Positions 55,670 to 64,000 of a stretch of 64,000 nt of DNA are shown one piece after another. The notes under the pieces are model-generated. The model saw nothing but the letters and a program-made list of their open reading frames with translations, was not told where the DNA came from and ran no database searches. This stretch comes from a virus. Its lineage: Duplodnaviria; Caudoviricetes. Position 1 is the stretch's first letter. Each line of letters starts with the position of its first letter. A program made the position numbers and the translations under genes. The DNA lies in the IMG/VR virus record IMGVR_UViG_3300035208_003026, positions 128,001 to 192,000 of that record, one strand, 5' to 3'.

Positions 55670-57119
55670 AACTGATAAGCTTCCTGCATTCACTGATTAT
55701 GAAGTTCCTGTTGGCTGGATTTTGGAGCTTAACTTTTTTGATATGACTGGTGAAAAAGCTGGGACACGTGGTACGTCATCAAAGATGTATCATATGGAAC
55801 TTCAAATTGCTAAGGATGGTAGGTGTCAGCTTTTTACACAGTATGGACCTACTGGTAAAATACAAGCTTCTGAGTATCGAAATTTTGGAGTTGATCGTAC
55901 TGCCGCTGAAGCAGAATTTAATTCCATTAAGAAGTCAAAACTCAAAAAGGGGTATGTTGAAATTGATGTAGCTCAGCGAGTTATTGGGTCTGATCAAGCT
56001 AAGAAGCATGTTAAGGTAGTATCTTTTAAGAATGATAATGGTATTGTAGATTCAATTCAAAAGCCCAATCTACATGTAGAAACTTCTAGGATTATTTCTA
56101 CTTTGATGGGAGCAACTAATAAGTGGGTTATTCAAACGCTTAAATGTCCTCTTGGCCAATTAACAAATGATCAGGTTGATAAAGGGCGTCAATGTTTAGT
56201 AAATGCCAAACAGATTGTTTCATCATCTAAAGATACTAAAGAGTTATTAGATATTACTAATCAATTCTATGGACTAATTCCACACAACCTCGGATCTGGG
56301 GCTCGTGGTCAAATGTCTCATCTACTTCTTGATACAATTGAAAAAATTGATCAGAAGGAATATGATTTAGATACATTGTTAGATGCTAAAGCTATTGGAG
56401 CTACACTTGGTAGTGATTCTACTTATGATCAGTATAAATCACTAGATACTGAATTTGTTTTTATTAATCATACAGATCCTAGATTTCTATGGTTAGATAA
56501 ACTAATTCAAGATACCAAAGCATCTAACCATAAGCATCTTGGAAAGATTGTTTTACTGAATGCTTGGGATATTCAACGCAATAACGAGAGAGATCAATTT
56601 CTTATTAGAGCAAAACAGATTGCATCTCAATGTGGAAAACAAGTAATTCCAGATCAAATGTCTATAGTTACCAAACGAACTGATGTATACGATAAAACTC
56701 TTTTCGAAAATGCAAATATAATTCCTTTATTTCATGGAACTCGTACTCAAAACCTTACAGGAATTCTTAAACAGGGTATGTTGATCCGTCCATCTGGTGT
56801 TGTTATTAGCGGAAATATGTACGGAAATGCACTCTATAATGGAAAGTCGAGTAAAGCTATAAACTATACTGATATTAGATCATCATATTGGGCTAATGGA
56901 AATGATGATAAAGCATTTTTGTTTGTATCAGATTGCGCATTAGGAAATCAGTTTATAGCAAAATCATCTGGACAATATACATTAAAGTCTATTGAACCAT
57001 ATCATTCTGTGTGGGCTAAAGGTGGGCAGAGTGGTGTGATTAATGATGAGATGATGTTGTACAGAACAGATCAGCATAACATTAGATATTTGTTGGAGTT
57101 TACTTGTCTACAAAATTAA
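55656..57119 (+). CDS. Poly(ADP-ribose) polymerase with WGR, regulatory and catalytic domains
   Basis: WGR-like (SKMYHMEL...TQYGPTG...F....KSKLKKGY); regulatory (PLGQLT..Q, TNQFYGLIPH); catalytic H-Y-E (LFHGTR, GNMYGNALY, SSKAINY, ALG, YHSV, NDEMMLY...IRYL). Confidence 0.88.
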   Translation: MAKVKTDKLPAFTDYEVPVGWILELNFFDMTGEKAGTRGTSSKMYHMELQIAKDGRCQLFTQYGPTGKIQASEYRNFGVDRTAAEAEFNSIKKSKLKKGYVEIDVAQRVIGSDQAKKHVKVVSFKNDNGIVDSIQKPNLHVETSRIISTLMGATNKWVIQTLKCPLGQLTNDQVDKGRQCLVNAKQIVSSSKDTKELLDITNQFYGLIPHNLGSGARGQMSHLLLDTIEKIDQKEYDLDTLLDAKAIGATLGSDSTYDQYKSLDTEFVFINHTDPRFLWLDKLIQDTKASNHKHLGKIVLLNAWDIQRNNERDQFLIRAKQIASQCGKQVIPDQMSIVTKRTDVYDKTLFENANIIPLFHGTRTQNLTGILKQGMLIRPSGVVISGNMYGNALYNGKSSKAINYTDIRSSYWANGNDDKAFLFVSDCALGNQFIAKSSGQYTLKSIEPYHSVWAKGGQSGVINDEMMLYRTDQHNIRYLLEFTCLQN

Positions 57120-57125
57120 CAATAA

Positions 57126-57322
57126 ATCAAGTTTCAATGTAGTTGTGGTTTTATATGGACGACTACACCTAACAGTATCACTAATGGCCATTGGTGTTTG
57201 CGTTGTGCACATAAGGTCCCAATTACCATAGATGATATGCAAATACAAAGAAATGGTGTCCAGATTGTGCGTTGAAGAAACGAATAAATGGTTTAAAAAA
57301 GAGTAGAGCAAAGGTAAAGTAA
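57126..57322 (+). pseudogene. Decayed zinc-ribbon repeat relic
   Basis: IKFQCSCGFIWTTTPNSITNGHWCLRCA, then in another frame KWCPDCA...*; no start codon. Confidence 0.6.
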
Positions 57323-57325
57323 ACA

Positions 57326-57919
57326 ATGACACTTGATATTGTTCTGTTAAGTCTTTTGTGTTTGGGCCTCTTTGTAAGTGCCGTTTACGAAGCAATGTCC
57401 TGGGCAACCATCTTGATGGTCGTTAGTGGTATTTATTACCATTTCTGGCATCGGAATGTGTTTAAGATGATTGCTGACAACTATCAGAATATTATACCAA
57501 TCGGTATTGGGTATTTGGTAATTGGTATTGTGTGGTCGTTTGCTAAATGGGTTTTGCTTCTGTTAAAGTTCAAAGCTTTCAGAAACGAGAATTGGGCTGC
57601 GTACAACAACGATGCGTTGAGATATAATGGCCCAAGAACGTTTCAAGGAATCCTTATTTCAGATACCCCAAAAGCATCTAGGTTCAAGCCAGAAATTGTT
57701 GGTTGGATGTGTTGGTGGCCGCTTTCCGCGATTGGAACGTTAATCAATGATCCTGTCAGGAAGGCTTTTTATTTCGCGTTCGATATGCTTGCTGGTTCAT
57801 ATCAGCGAATTGCTGATAAGATTGTTCCAAAGATGGAAGAGTCTGCTGGTAAGCACGTTGATTCCAGATCAGAAACCGTCGAAGAATTCGCACAACGTAT
57901 TGAAAGGCAAAGACGTTGA
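57326..57919 (+). CDS. Membrane protein
   Basis: Several hydrophobic segments and GWMCWWPLS. Confidence 0.7.
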   Translation: MTLDIVLLSLLCLGLFVSAVYEAMSWATILMVVSGIYYHFWHRNVFKMIADNYQNIIPIGIGYLVIGIVWSFAKWVLLLLKFKAFRNENWAAYNNDALRYNGPRTFQGILISDTPKASRFKPEIVGWMCWWPLSAIGTLINDPVRKAFYFAFDMLAGSYQRIADKIVPKMEESAGKHVDSRSETVEEFAQRIERQRR

Positions 57920-58197
57920 TCTTTGGACCTTCACGTTGCTCCGAGATACTGTCAGAAAGGTGTTCGCAATGGAACTCTCAGAAGAGAAGCAAAGTTGTGA
58001 GCACCTTTCAAAAGTATGCGAAGATAACCAGCGCAACACGCGATATCCGTGACTTCGACTCAAGATGTCGTGTCATTGATGCGTTGAAACGCGAAGCGAA
58101 GCATACGGTGTTCAGTGATTTGGTTCTTGACGAAGACTCCAAACATCGGTTATACTACTGCATTCGATCCGTGATGGAAGAGTCTTTGAGATACTGA
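57916..58197 (+). CDS. Hypothetical protein
   Basis: Coupled ORF. Confidence 0.4.
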   Translation: MIFGPSRCSEILSERCSQWNSQKRSKVVSTFQKYAKITSATRDIRDFDSRCRVIDALKREAKHTVFSDLVLDEDSKHRLYYCIRSVMEESLRY

Positions 58198-58211
58198 TAA
58201 GGAATACGATA

Positions 58212-59330
58212 ATGAGAGATACTCTATTAGAGAACAAAGCTCTGCTCTATGTAGCTACCACTGGGGCAGGTCTTTCATTTCAGTACAACCTTTGGAAGAA
58301 GCCTGGATGCTCGAAGTATCTAGTTGGCTTCTTTACGCCGTATGCAAAAACTGAATTGCAGGAGTTCATTGGATACGAACCCGAAGGATCGTTCGTATCC
58401 AAAGAAGTTGCATATGACTTGGCAATGGCTTCGTATATTCGAGCTGCTAAGTTCAAAGTTCAGGAAGCTAGTGATGGTGAGCCTATTGGTATTGGTATTA
58501 CCGCTGCGGTTGCCACAAATCGAATCCCCCGTGGCGAACAAAGGGCTTTTATTTGTGTTATTACTAAAGACAAAGCCCTTCTTCATGAAGTAAAATTGGA
58601 AAAGACACTAGGCGAAAGTCATCGTGAGGCTCATGATCAAATCATCGCAGCTGAGGCTGAGAATGTCTTGATTTGCGCCATTAATTGGATGACTCACCCG
58701 TATACCAATTGTACAAATGAAGCATTGGATAGGTTTTACCAATATCCAACATTCCTTGCTAACTCCAGAACGAAAGATTCTTTCGGAGCGTCTCTGTATC
58801 TCCCAGCATCTCTAAATCCAATTCATGATGGTCACAGAGAGCTTGCTCGAACTGCAGAATCTGTTTGTGTTGGCGCTTTAAGTGATGGTGGCTGTAAGTA
58901 TCTAATTTCAACAGTGAGCCCTCATAAGGGTGAAATGACTCTGCAGGAAATGTTATTCAAGGCCGGAATGTTGCGAGCCGAAAAAACGTTCCTGGGTTTT
59001 GAATTTACCAAAGATGAACCTTTGTTTTTGGACAAAGCCAGGAAGCGTCCGAATTCCATTTTTATAATTGGTGCAGATACAATGGAACGGTTCCTTGATT
59101 CGAAATGGGGGCCGAATCCTGAAGAGCTTCTTAAAGAACTAAAAGAACTAAAAACTACTTTCTTGGTAATGGGTCGAGTTGTTGATGGTGTTTTTAAGAC
59201 CACCGATGACATTACAGTGCCAAATGGTTACAAAGATCTGTTTGTACCAATGGATGGTAGGGTTGATATTTCATCAACTGAGATTAGAGAAAAATCAGCT
59301 GTAGAAACATTAGAGGTAATTAATGGCTAA
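58212..59330 (+). CDS. CinA/PncC-like domain fused to a NadD-like nucleotidyltransferase
   Basis: N-terminal TTGAG...PGCS...PYA...FVSKEVA..LA...GIGITA (CinA_C-like); C-terminal ASLNPIHDGH (HxGH), IIGADT, DISSTEIR. Confidence 0.78.
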   Translation: MRDTLLENKALLYVATTGAGLSFQYNLWKKPGCSKYLVGFFTPYAKTELQEFIGYEPEGSFVSKEVAYDLAMASYIRAAKFKVQEASDGEPIGIGITAAVATNRIPRGEQRAFICVITKDKALLHEVKLEKTLGESHREAHDQIIAAEAENVLICAINWMTHPYTNCTNEALDRFYQYPTFLANSRTKDSFGASLYLPASLNPIHDGHRELARTAESVCVGALSDGGCKYLISTVSPHKGEMTLQEMLFKAGMLRAEKTFLGFEFTKDEPLFLDKARKRPNSIFIIGADTMERFLDSKWGPNPEELLKELKELKTTFLVMGRVVDGVFKTTDDITVPNGYKDLFVPMDGRVDISSTEIREKSAVETLEVING

Positions 59331-59523
59331 TCCTGAAAAGCTATCCCTATGGGATCGATTATTTAATAGATACAGACGATCAATTCATAGTCGAGGCTCT
59401 GAGAATTGGAGTATTCATCAGTATGGAGTACATTGTTATAACTATTCAAGAGACTATGTAGAGTATCTTGTAATTGATCGCTTGACTGGCTCCGAAAGAA
59501 TTGAGAAGAAGTATCTAAACTAA
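59323..59523 (+). CDS. Hypothetical protein
   Basis: GAGGT SD. Confidence 0.55.
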   Translation: MANPEKLSLWDRLFNRYRRSIHSRGSENWSIHQYGVHCYNYSRDYVEYLVIDRLTGSERIEKKYLN

Positions 59524-59858
59524 TGACACCTCTAATATCTATAGGTTTAGAACCCAATATTGTTGAGGCCATCAAAGCAGAGGTTGGTCACGTTATGAAG
59601 TTAGAACAAAGGGACTCTAGTAGAGATGTTGGTGTTAAGTGGGTCTGGCCAAAAGTAGAAAACTGCTCTTGCCATATTTATGCTCCATGTTCTCGTTGTT
59701 TTAATAATGTACCAACAGTAGATAAAGCTATCGAAGTCCAAGAACTAGGTCCAGAAGACTCTGGATTTGAAGTCTACGTTCCATACGAACAGCTTGTTGA
59801 GGCTTACGCCGAAATAGATAAACTAGAGAAACAACTGAGTGCTTCATTATTACTCTAA
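59523..59858 (+). CDS. Hypothetical protein with a CxCH-x3-PC-x2-C metal-binding motif
   Basis: NCSCHIYAPCSRC. Confidence 0.55.
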   Translation: MTPLISIGLEPNIVEAIKAEVGHVMKLEQRDSSRDVGVKWVWPKVENCSCHIYAPCSRCFNNVPTVDKAIEVQELGPEDSGFEVYVPYEQLVEAYAEIDKLEKQLSASLLL

Positions 59859-59884
59859 TATACTGAAACTATAGTTTTAATAGC

Positions 59885-59919
59885 AAGAAAAAGGGCCGTG
59901 AATACGGCCCTTTTCTTTT
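59885..59919. terminator. Bidirectional intrinsic terminator between convergent genes
   Basis: AAGAAAAAGGGCCGT-GAAT-ACGGCCCTTTTCTTTT. Confidence 0.88.
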
Positions 59920-59926
59920 GTGTTAT

Positions 59927-60250
59927 TCAGCTGATGGGTGGGACAATTGATAGATGTTGCGTTTTGATAGAAGCAATTACATCTACCATATTACAAATCC
60001 AAACAGTATCACCATTCACAGATAGTGGTTCTGCATGAGATGCATCAAAGACAACTTCATCTCCCTTTTCTAGTTCTGGTTTTGTAAATGTTCCTTGAAC
60101 TAGTTCACCAGGACCAACCTCTACAATCTTTCCAATCCTAAGATTGCCTGGTCTTGAAGTCTGAGGAAGGAAGATTCCTCCAGATGTTTGCCCCATTCCA
60201 CCTTCTTGAACATTAATTGCTACATTTCCATTTCTCATTTTCAGATGCAT
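59927..60250 (-). CDS. groES: Co-chaperonin GroES
   Basis: TSGGIFLP, GKIVEVGPG, GDEVVF, DVIA; AGGAGA SD. Confidence 0.88.
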   Translation of the reverse strand: MHLKMRNGNVAINVQEGGMGQTSGGIFLPQTSRPGNLRIGKIVEVGPGELVQGTFTKPELEKGDEVVFDASHAEPLSVNGDTVWICNMVDVIASIKTQHLSIVPPIS

Positions 60251-60348
60251 ATTGTCTCCTATTTCCTAATTCGAAGCGTTTAAGACCAACCAAATGTGTC
60301 CTGTTATTGAACGGGTCGAGGGATTCTCTCTCGGCCTTTTTCTGTTTC

Positions 60349-61383
60349 ATGTTCACCCAGGGTTACACATTCGATGATGTCCTGCTTATTCCAAAGCACT
60401 CAAACATAGAGTCAAGATCTCAGGTTGAGACCTCTGTTGAGTTACCAAGAGGTATTAAGTTAACCATTCCTCTTGTGAGTGCAAACATGAAAACGGTTAC
60501 CGGTGTAAAAATGGCAAAAACCATTCGTACACTAGGAGGGCTTGCGATTTTACACAGGTTTGGTGACTACAAAGATTTGTGTTTGGATTTTCACGAAGCA
60601 AATATACCAATAGATCCGGTGGTTTTCCCTGGAGCTGTTGGAATGTCCGTTGGAATCAAACCTAAAGATATTGAATTGGTTAAAGAGCTGTATGATACCA
60701 GATGCCGTATTTTCTGTGTAGATGTAGCTCATGGAGATCATTCGTCAGTTGCTTCATTTGTAAATGAGCTTAGGATAAAGCATTGTCCTAATGCTTGTAT
60801 CATTGCTGGTAATGTTGTCACCGAATCTGGAGCTAATCTGCTATGGGAGGCTGGAGCAGATATCATTAAGTGTGGAGTTGGTTCAGGGAGCACGTGTAGT
60901 ACAAGAATTGAAACAGGAAATGGATATCCGCAATTATCAGCACTTCAAAATGTAACAAATGGACTTTACCGATCACGAAAAATTGATGGTAAAGATATGT
61001 ATCCTATGTTTATTGCTGATGGCGGGATAAAGAGTGCTGGTGATTGTGTAAAGGCATTGTGTTTTGCTGATTTAGTGATGATTGGAAACTTATTTGCAGG
61101 AACAGATGAAGCTCCTGGAGAAATCATCACAGTAAATGGTCAGAGGTATAAATCATATGCCGGAAGCTCTACTCATAAACAAAACCATGTTGAAGGTGTT
61201 GTAGCTTTGGTACCTTACAAAGGAAGAGTTAATGATGTTGTTCAGAGATTGGTCGAGGGGATTAAAAGTGGATGCTCGTACCAGGGAGTATCCAAAATTC
61301 AAGATCTCACAAACAATCCTCAGTTTGTAGTGATTTCAAATGCGGGATTAATTGAATCTCACCCACATAACGTAAAGCTATAA
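60349..61383 (+). CDS. IMP dehydrogenase / GMP reductase family (no CBS domains)
   Basis: TFDDVLLIP, SANMKTVT, VDVAHG, AGNV, GVGSGSTCSTR, ADGGI, VEGV. Start moved to the ATG at 60349. Confidence 0.9.
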   Translation: MFTQGYTFDDVLLIPKHSNIESRSQVETSVELPRGIKLTIPLVSANMKTVTGVKMAKTIRTLGGLAILHRFGDYKDLCLDFHEANIPIDPVVFPGAVGMSVGIKPKDIELVKELYDTRCRIFCVDVAHGDHSSVASFVNELRIKHCPNACIIAGNVVTESGANLLWEAGADIIKCGVGSGSTCSTRIETGNGYPQLSALQNVTNGLYRSRKIDGKDMYPMFIADGGIKSAGDCVKALCFADLVMIGNLFAGTDEAPGEIITVNGQRYKSYAGSSTHKQNHVEGVVALVPYKGRVNDVVQRLVEGIKSGCSYQGVSKIQDLTNNPQFVVISNAGLIESHPHNVKL

Positions 61384-61393
61384 GAGAGATATT

Positions 61394-62431
61394 ATGACCG
61401 AAGTTCTTTTTACAGAGATTGAGAAGGCCAATTATGAAGCTATTAAAGCTCGCACAAACGAATCCGCTAACAAGTTGTTGGGATTGTACTTCCCAGTACT
61501 TGATCATGGCTTTGTATCGCTTGTTGATTACATGGGGTCAGATGCTGAGGTGGCAAGAGCCGCTCGTTGCAGCTATGGTGCTGGAACTAGGGCTATTTCC
61601 GACGACCGTGCTCTTATCCGGTACTTGGTGCGTCACAAACACACTTCCCCTCTTGAACAAGTAGAGTTCAAGCTTCATTGTAAAATGCCGATCTTTGTAG
61701 CTCGGCAGTGGGTGCGTCATCGTACAGCATCTTTGAATGAGATGTCTGGGCGTTACAGTATCATGCCTCTTCAGTTCTATTCTCCAAAGTTTGAAGACTT
61801 CAAACTCCAAGCTAAAGACAATAAGCAGGGACGTGATCGTGAAGTGGAACGTAATGTATACATTGAGAATCGTATCAGGTCGGATACAGCTCGCGCCTTA
61901 GTAACGGAAAACTACGAGATTGATCTTGGTAATGATGTAGCGCGTGAATTAGCGCGCATTGATCTTCCGCTTTCAACTTACACTGAGTGGTATTGGAAGA
62001 TGGATCTTAATAACCTCATGCGGTTCATGTATTTGCGTAGTGATTCTCATGCTCAGTTCGAGATTCGTGCATTCTCGGATGTTATTGCTGGTATCGTACA
62101 AGAGGTCGCTCCAGCTTCTTACGAAGCATGGTTGGACTACATGTTCACTGGTGCAGAGTTCTCTCATCAAGAAATGAAAGCGCTTCTAGCTCTTGGTAAT
62201 GAGCTTGGTGGTTGTGGCTCTGATCTAGGAGGTGGTTTTGAGGAGGTTATTCCGCCTGAAGATCAGTGGACCGAATGGGGAAAGCTCTTCGGGCTCTCCA
62301 AGAGAGAAGTTGCTGAATTCTTTGGTAAATTGAAGTTAAAGGAACGTCCAAACTATAAATTGGATTTGAGTAAAGCAAAGTCTCCAGAATACTACCAAAA
62401 AGAAGCTGAGAAGTATGTTCCAAAGATCTGA
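61394..62431 (+). CDS. thyX: Flavin-dependent thymidylate synthase
   Basis: AARCSY, HTSPLE, PIFVARQWVRHRTASLNEMSGRYS, ELAR..LP, HAQFEIR. Confidence 0.96.
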   Translation: MTEVLFTEIEKANYEAIKARTNESANKLLGLYFPVLDHGFVSLVDYMGSDAEVARAARCSYGAGTRAISDDRALIRYLVRHKHTSPLEQVEFKLHCKMPIFVARQWVRHRTASLNEMSGRYSIMPLQFYSPKFEDFKLQAKDNKQGRDREVERNVYIENRIRSDTARALVTENYEIDLGNDVARELARIDLPLSTYTEWYWKMDLNNLMRFMYLRSDSHAQFEIRAFSDVIAGIVQEVAPASYEAWLDYMFTGAEFSHQEMKALLALGNELGGCGSDLGGGFEEVIPPEDQWTEWGKLFGLSKREVAEFFGKLKLKERPNYKLDLSKAKSPEYYQKEAEKYVPKI

Positions 62432-62597
62432 AACTCCAACCATAAAAGTTATGGTTGTGTATGAGGAAACATCAAGAGGGTTAGTTAGAAAAGGTACCGC
62501 CTGTTTCTCAACCATTGAAGGAAAACTCAACATACACATGGAGAATGTTTTCCATGAAGATCCGTTTTCTCCAAAACTTGTATTCAAAGAAGTATAA
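62415..62597 (+). CDS. Hypothetical protein
   Basis: Short ORF before a terminator. Confidence 0.35.
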   Translation: MFQRSETPTIKVMVVYEETSRGLVRKGTACFSTIEGKLNIHMENVFHEDPFSPKLVFKEV

Positions 62598-62632
62598 AGA
62601 AAAAGCCCCGATTACTCGGGGCTTTCGCTTTT
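62598..62632. terminator. Bidirectional intrinsic terminator
   Basis: AAAAGCCCCGA-TTAC-TCGGGGCTTT between convergent genes. Confidence 0.82.
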
Positions 62633-62647
62633 GTGAAGCCAGAACAA

Positions 62648-64000
62648 TTACCGGAATGTTCCAGCGATGTCCATTGCTTGATCTCTTGTTAGATCGGGAT
62701 TGTCCAAAAGAACATCATCGATAGCAGCCAAGATTTGTCCCATAACAGGTCCTGGTTGAAACCCTTCAAGGATAAGATCTTTACCAGTGATTGGTCTGGG
62801 CAGTTTTGTAGGATCTTTTAGAGGCATCAATCCAACAATCCTAGTCCTGAGGTTTTCGTAGAGTTGAACTTCGGCAGCTTCCTCTTCTGGAGTGAAGTAT
62901 TTCTTACCAAGGTTATCAGCAATGGCAAGATCGATGCTGAAGTTCCAATCTTTGAAATCTCTTACAAACTTACGGCACGCTCTTGAAGTCCCTTCGGCCA
63001 TAAGCTTGTGTGGCCTCAAGTGTCGGTCAATGAGAACACTAACTCTCTCAATGATTTCTTGTGGTGCTTTCAGTCTAGTAAGAACAACCTCAACCATTTT
63101 AGCAGAGACTTCTTCATGTTTCTTGTACGATGTCCGCCCAATGGAATTTGTGCTTTGGATTCCCTTGTATCTCTTCCCAATATCATGGAGAAGAGCTGTA
63201 AGGTTTAGAATTAGTTCCATCCAAGGATCAATGTCCGACCTAACATAGTTACGACCATTTAGGTGCGTAAAGACCTGTAGCGTATGATTCCAGATGGTGA
63301 ATTCATGGTATGCACTGTCTTGATCAGTGTCCCAAGGTACCATTGGTTCGGTGTATCCTAGAGCTTCCATTTCTTCTTGAGTAGGATCAAAGATGAGTTC
63401 CATCAATCCCATTTGCTTCATAAGAGAAACGGCAAGGATTGGGTTTGGTCCATTCAGAAGACCTGGCTTGTATTTATCTCCATCTTTCTTACCTCCAAGC
63501 TCAGCCCAAATACGTTCATGAGAAATCTTCTCACTGAAAGCCTTTTGAACTTCAGGAAGCTTTGCAGCTTGAATAATAGCAGTATCAACATTAAGATTGA
63601 ACCTTGCTGCAAACCTAATGCAGCGCAGGATTCGAAGAGGATCATCCATGAATGTTTGAACTGGGTCAAGTGGTGTTCTGGCAATCTTATTTGTCAGGTC
63701 TTCCATCCCACCACAGAAGTCTTCAATCTCATTGGTATTGATATTGAAGAACATAGAGTTGATGGTCAGATCTCTTCTGGACGCATCTTCCTCTGGAGTC
63801 CCAAACTTCATCTCAGGAATTCTAGAATCAGTGTACGTTTCAGTCCTGAGATTAACAAAGTCGATTGGCAGACCTTCTAGACGAACCATGGCAGTAGCCA
63901 AATGCTTTGACTGCTCGGGATTCGCTTCGACAACGCTTACATTACCGGAAATAAGTCTAGCAAAATCTTCGCCAGTCATATTATCCACAGCAATATCAAT
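62648..64000 (-). CDS. cca: Class II CCA-adding tRNA nucleotidyltransferase with HD domain (5' end outside window)
   Basis: IDIAVD at the window edge, EDASRRDLTINS, DDPLRILR..RF, ERI, H..TI..HT...LLHDIGK...HE. The frame is open to the window end. Confidence 0.9.
   Translation of the reverse strand: MDIAVDNMTGEDFARLISGNVSVVEANPEQSKHLATAMVRLEGLPIDFVNLRTETYTDSRIPEMKFGTPEEDASRRDLTINSMFFNINTNEIEDFCGGMEDLTNKIARTPLDPVQTFMDDPLRILRCIRFAARFNLNVDTAIIQAAKLPEVQKAFSEKISHERIWAELGGKKDGDKYKPGLLNGPNPILAVSLMKQMGLMELIFDPTQEEMEALGYTEPMVPWDTDQDSAYHEFTIWNHTLQVFTHLNGRNYVRSDIDPWMELILNLTALLHDIGKRYKGIQSTNSIGRTSYKKHEEVSAKMVEVVLTRLKAPQEIIERVSVLIDRHLRPHKLMAEGTSRACRKFVRDFKDWNFSIDLAIADNLGKKYFTPEEEAAEVQLYENLRTRIVGLMPLKDPTKLPRPITGKDLILEGFQPGPVMGQILAAIDDVLLDNPDLTRDQAMDIAGTFR

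Noticed and set aside
1897-63880. Numerous 60-190 aa ORFs antisense to or nested in long genes
   Set aside because: They are shadow ORFs with no motifs or ribosome-binding sites, overlapping well-supported genes.
1-64000. CRISPR array, tRNA or rRNA genes
   Set aside because: No regularly spaced repeats or cloverleaf/T-loop signatures were seen; intergenic gaps are short and mostly explained by other features.
1-64000. Stop-codon reassignment, as in some jumbo phages
   Set aside because: Long genes are intact in code 11 and TAA, TGA and TAG all end genes. The in-frame stops at 15384-15500 include both TGA and TAG, which indicates decay.

Overview
A 64 kb segment of a large, AT-rich tailed phage genome (jumbo myovirus-like), read in the standard genetic code, with almost all genes on the + strand. 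In order it contains: (1) three very large baseplate/virion proteins (a baseplate-J-like protein, a 2227-aa wedge-like protein with LamG-like modules, and a 1004-aa protein with a dockerin-like pair of Ca-loops); (2) a ~16 kb glycan island with about ten glycosyltransferase(-like) genes, an ATP-grasp ligase, gmd (intein), fcl (long C-terminal extension) and rfbB; (3) a CetZ-like tubulin, followed by a replication/transcription block (SF2 helicase with intein, DnaC-like loader, DnaB, sigma factor, class II RNR with intein, Map); (4) a mosaic tail fibre with an SGNH esterase; (5) an accessory region with a DEDDh exonuclease, a 126-bp IS200/IS605-derived element, a 2H phosphodiesterase, a HAD hydrolase, a full WGR-regulatory-catalytic PARP, a PncC/CinA-NadD fusion, GroES, GuaB/GuaC, ThyX and a eukaryote-type CCA-adding enzyme (cut by the window end). 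The strongest candidates for undescribed biology are: an Asp-Gly-Tyr (DGY) motif that is strongly enriched only in virion proteins next to the glycosylation island (possible virion-glycosylation sequon); a phage PARP plus NAD-salvage module; an intein starting with Thr; a poly-T on/off switch in a glycosyltransferase; and a sigma54-consensus/oriC-like intergenic element. All family assignments come from motif recognition by eye; no database searches were run.
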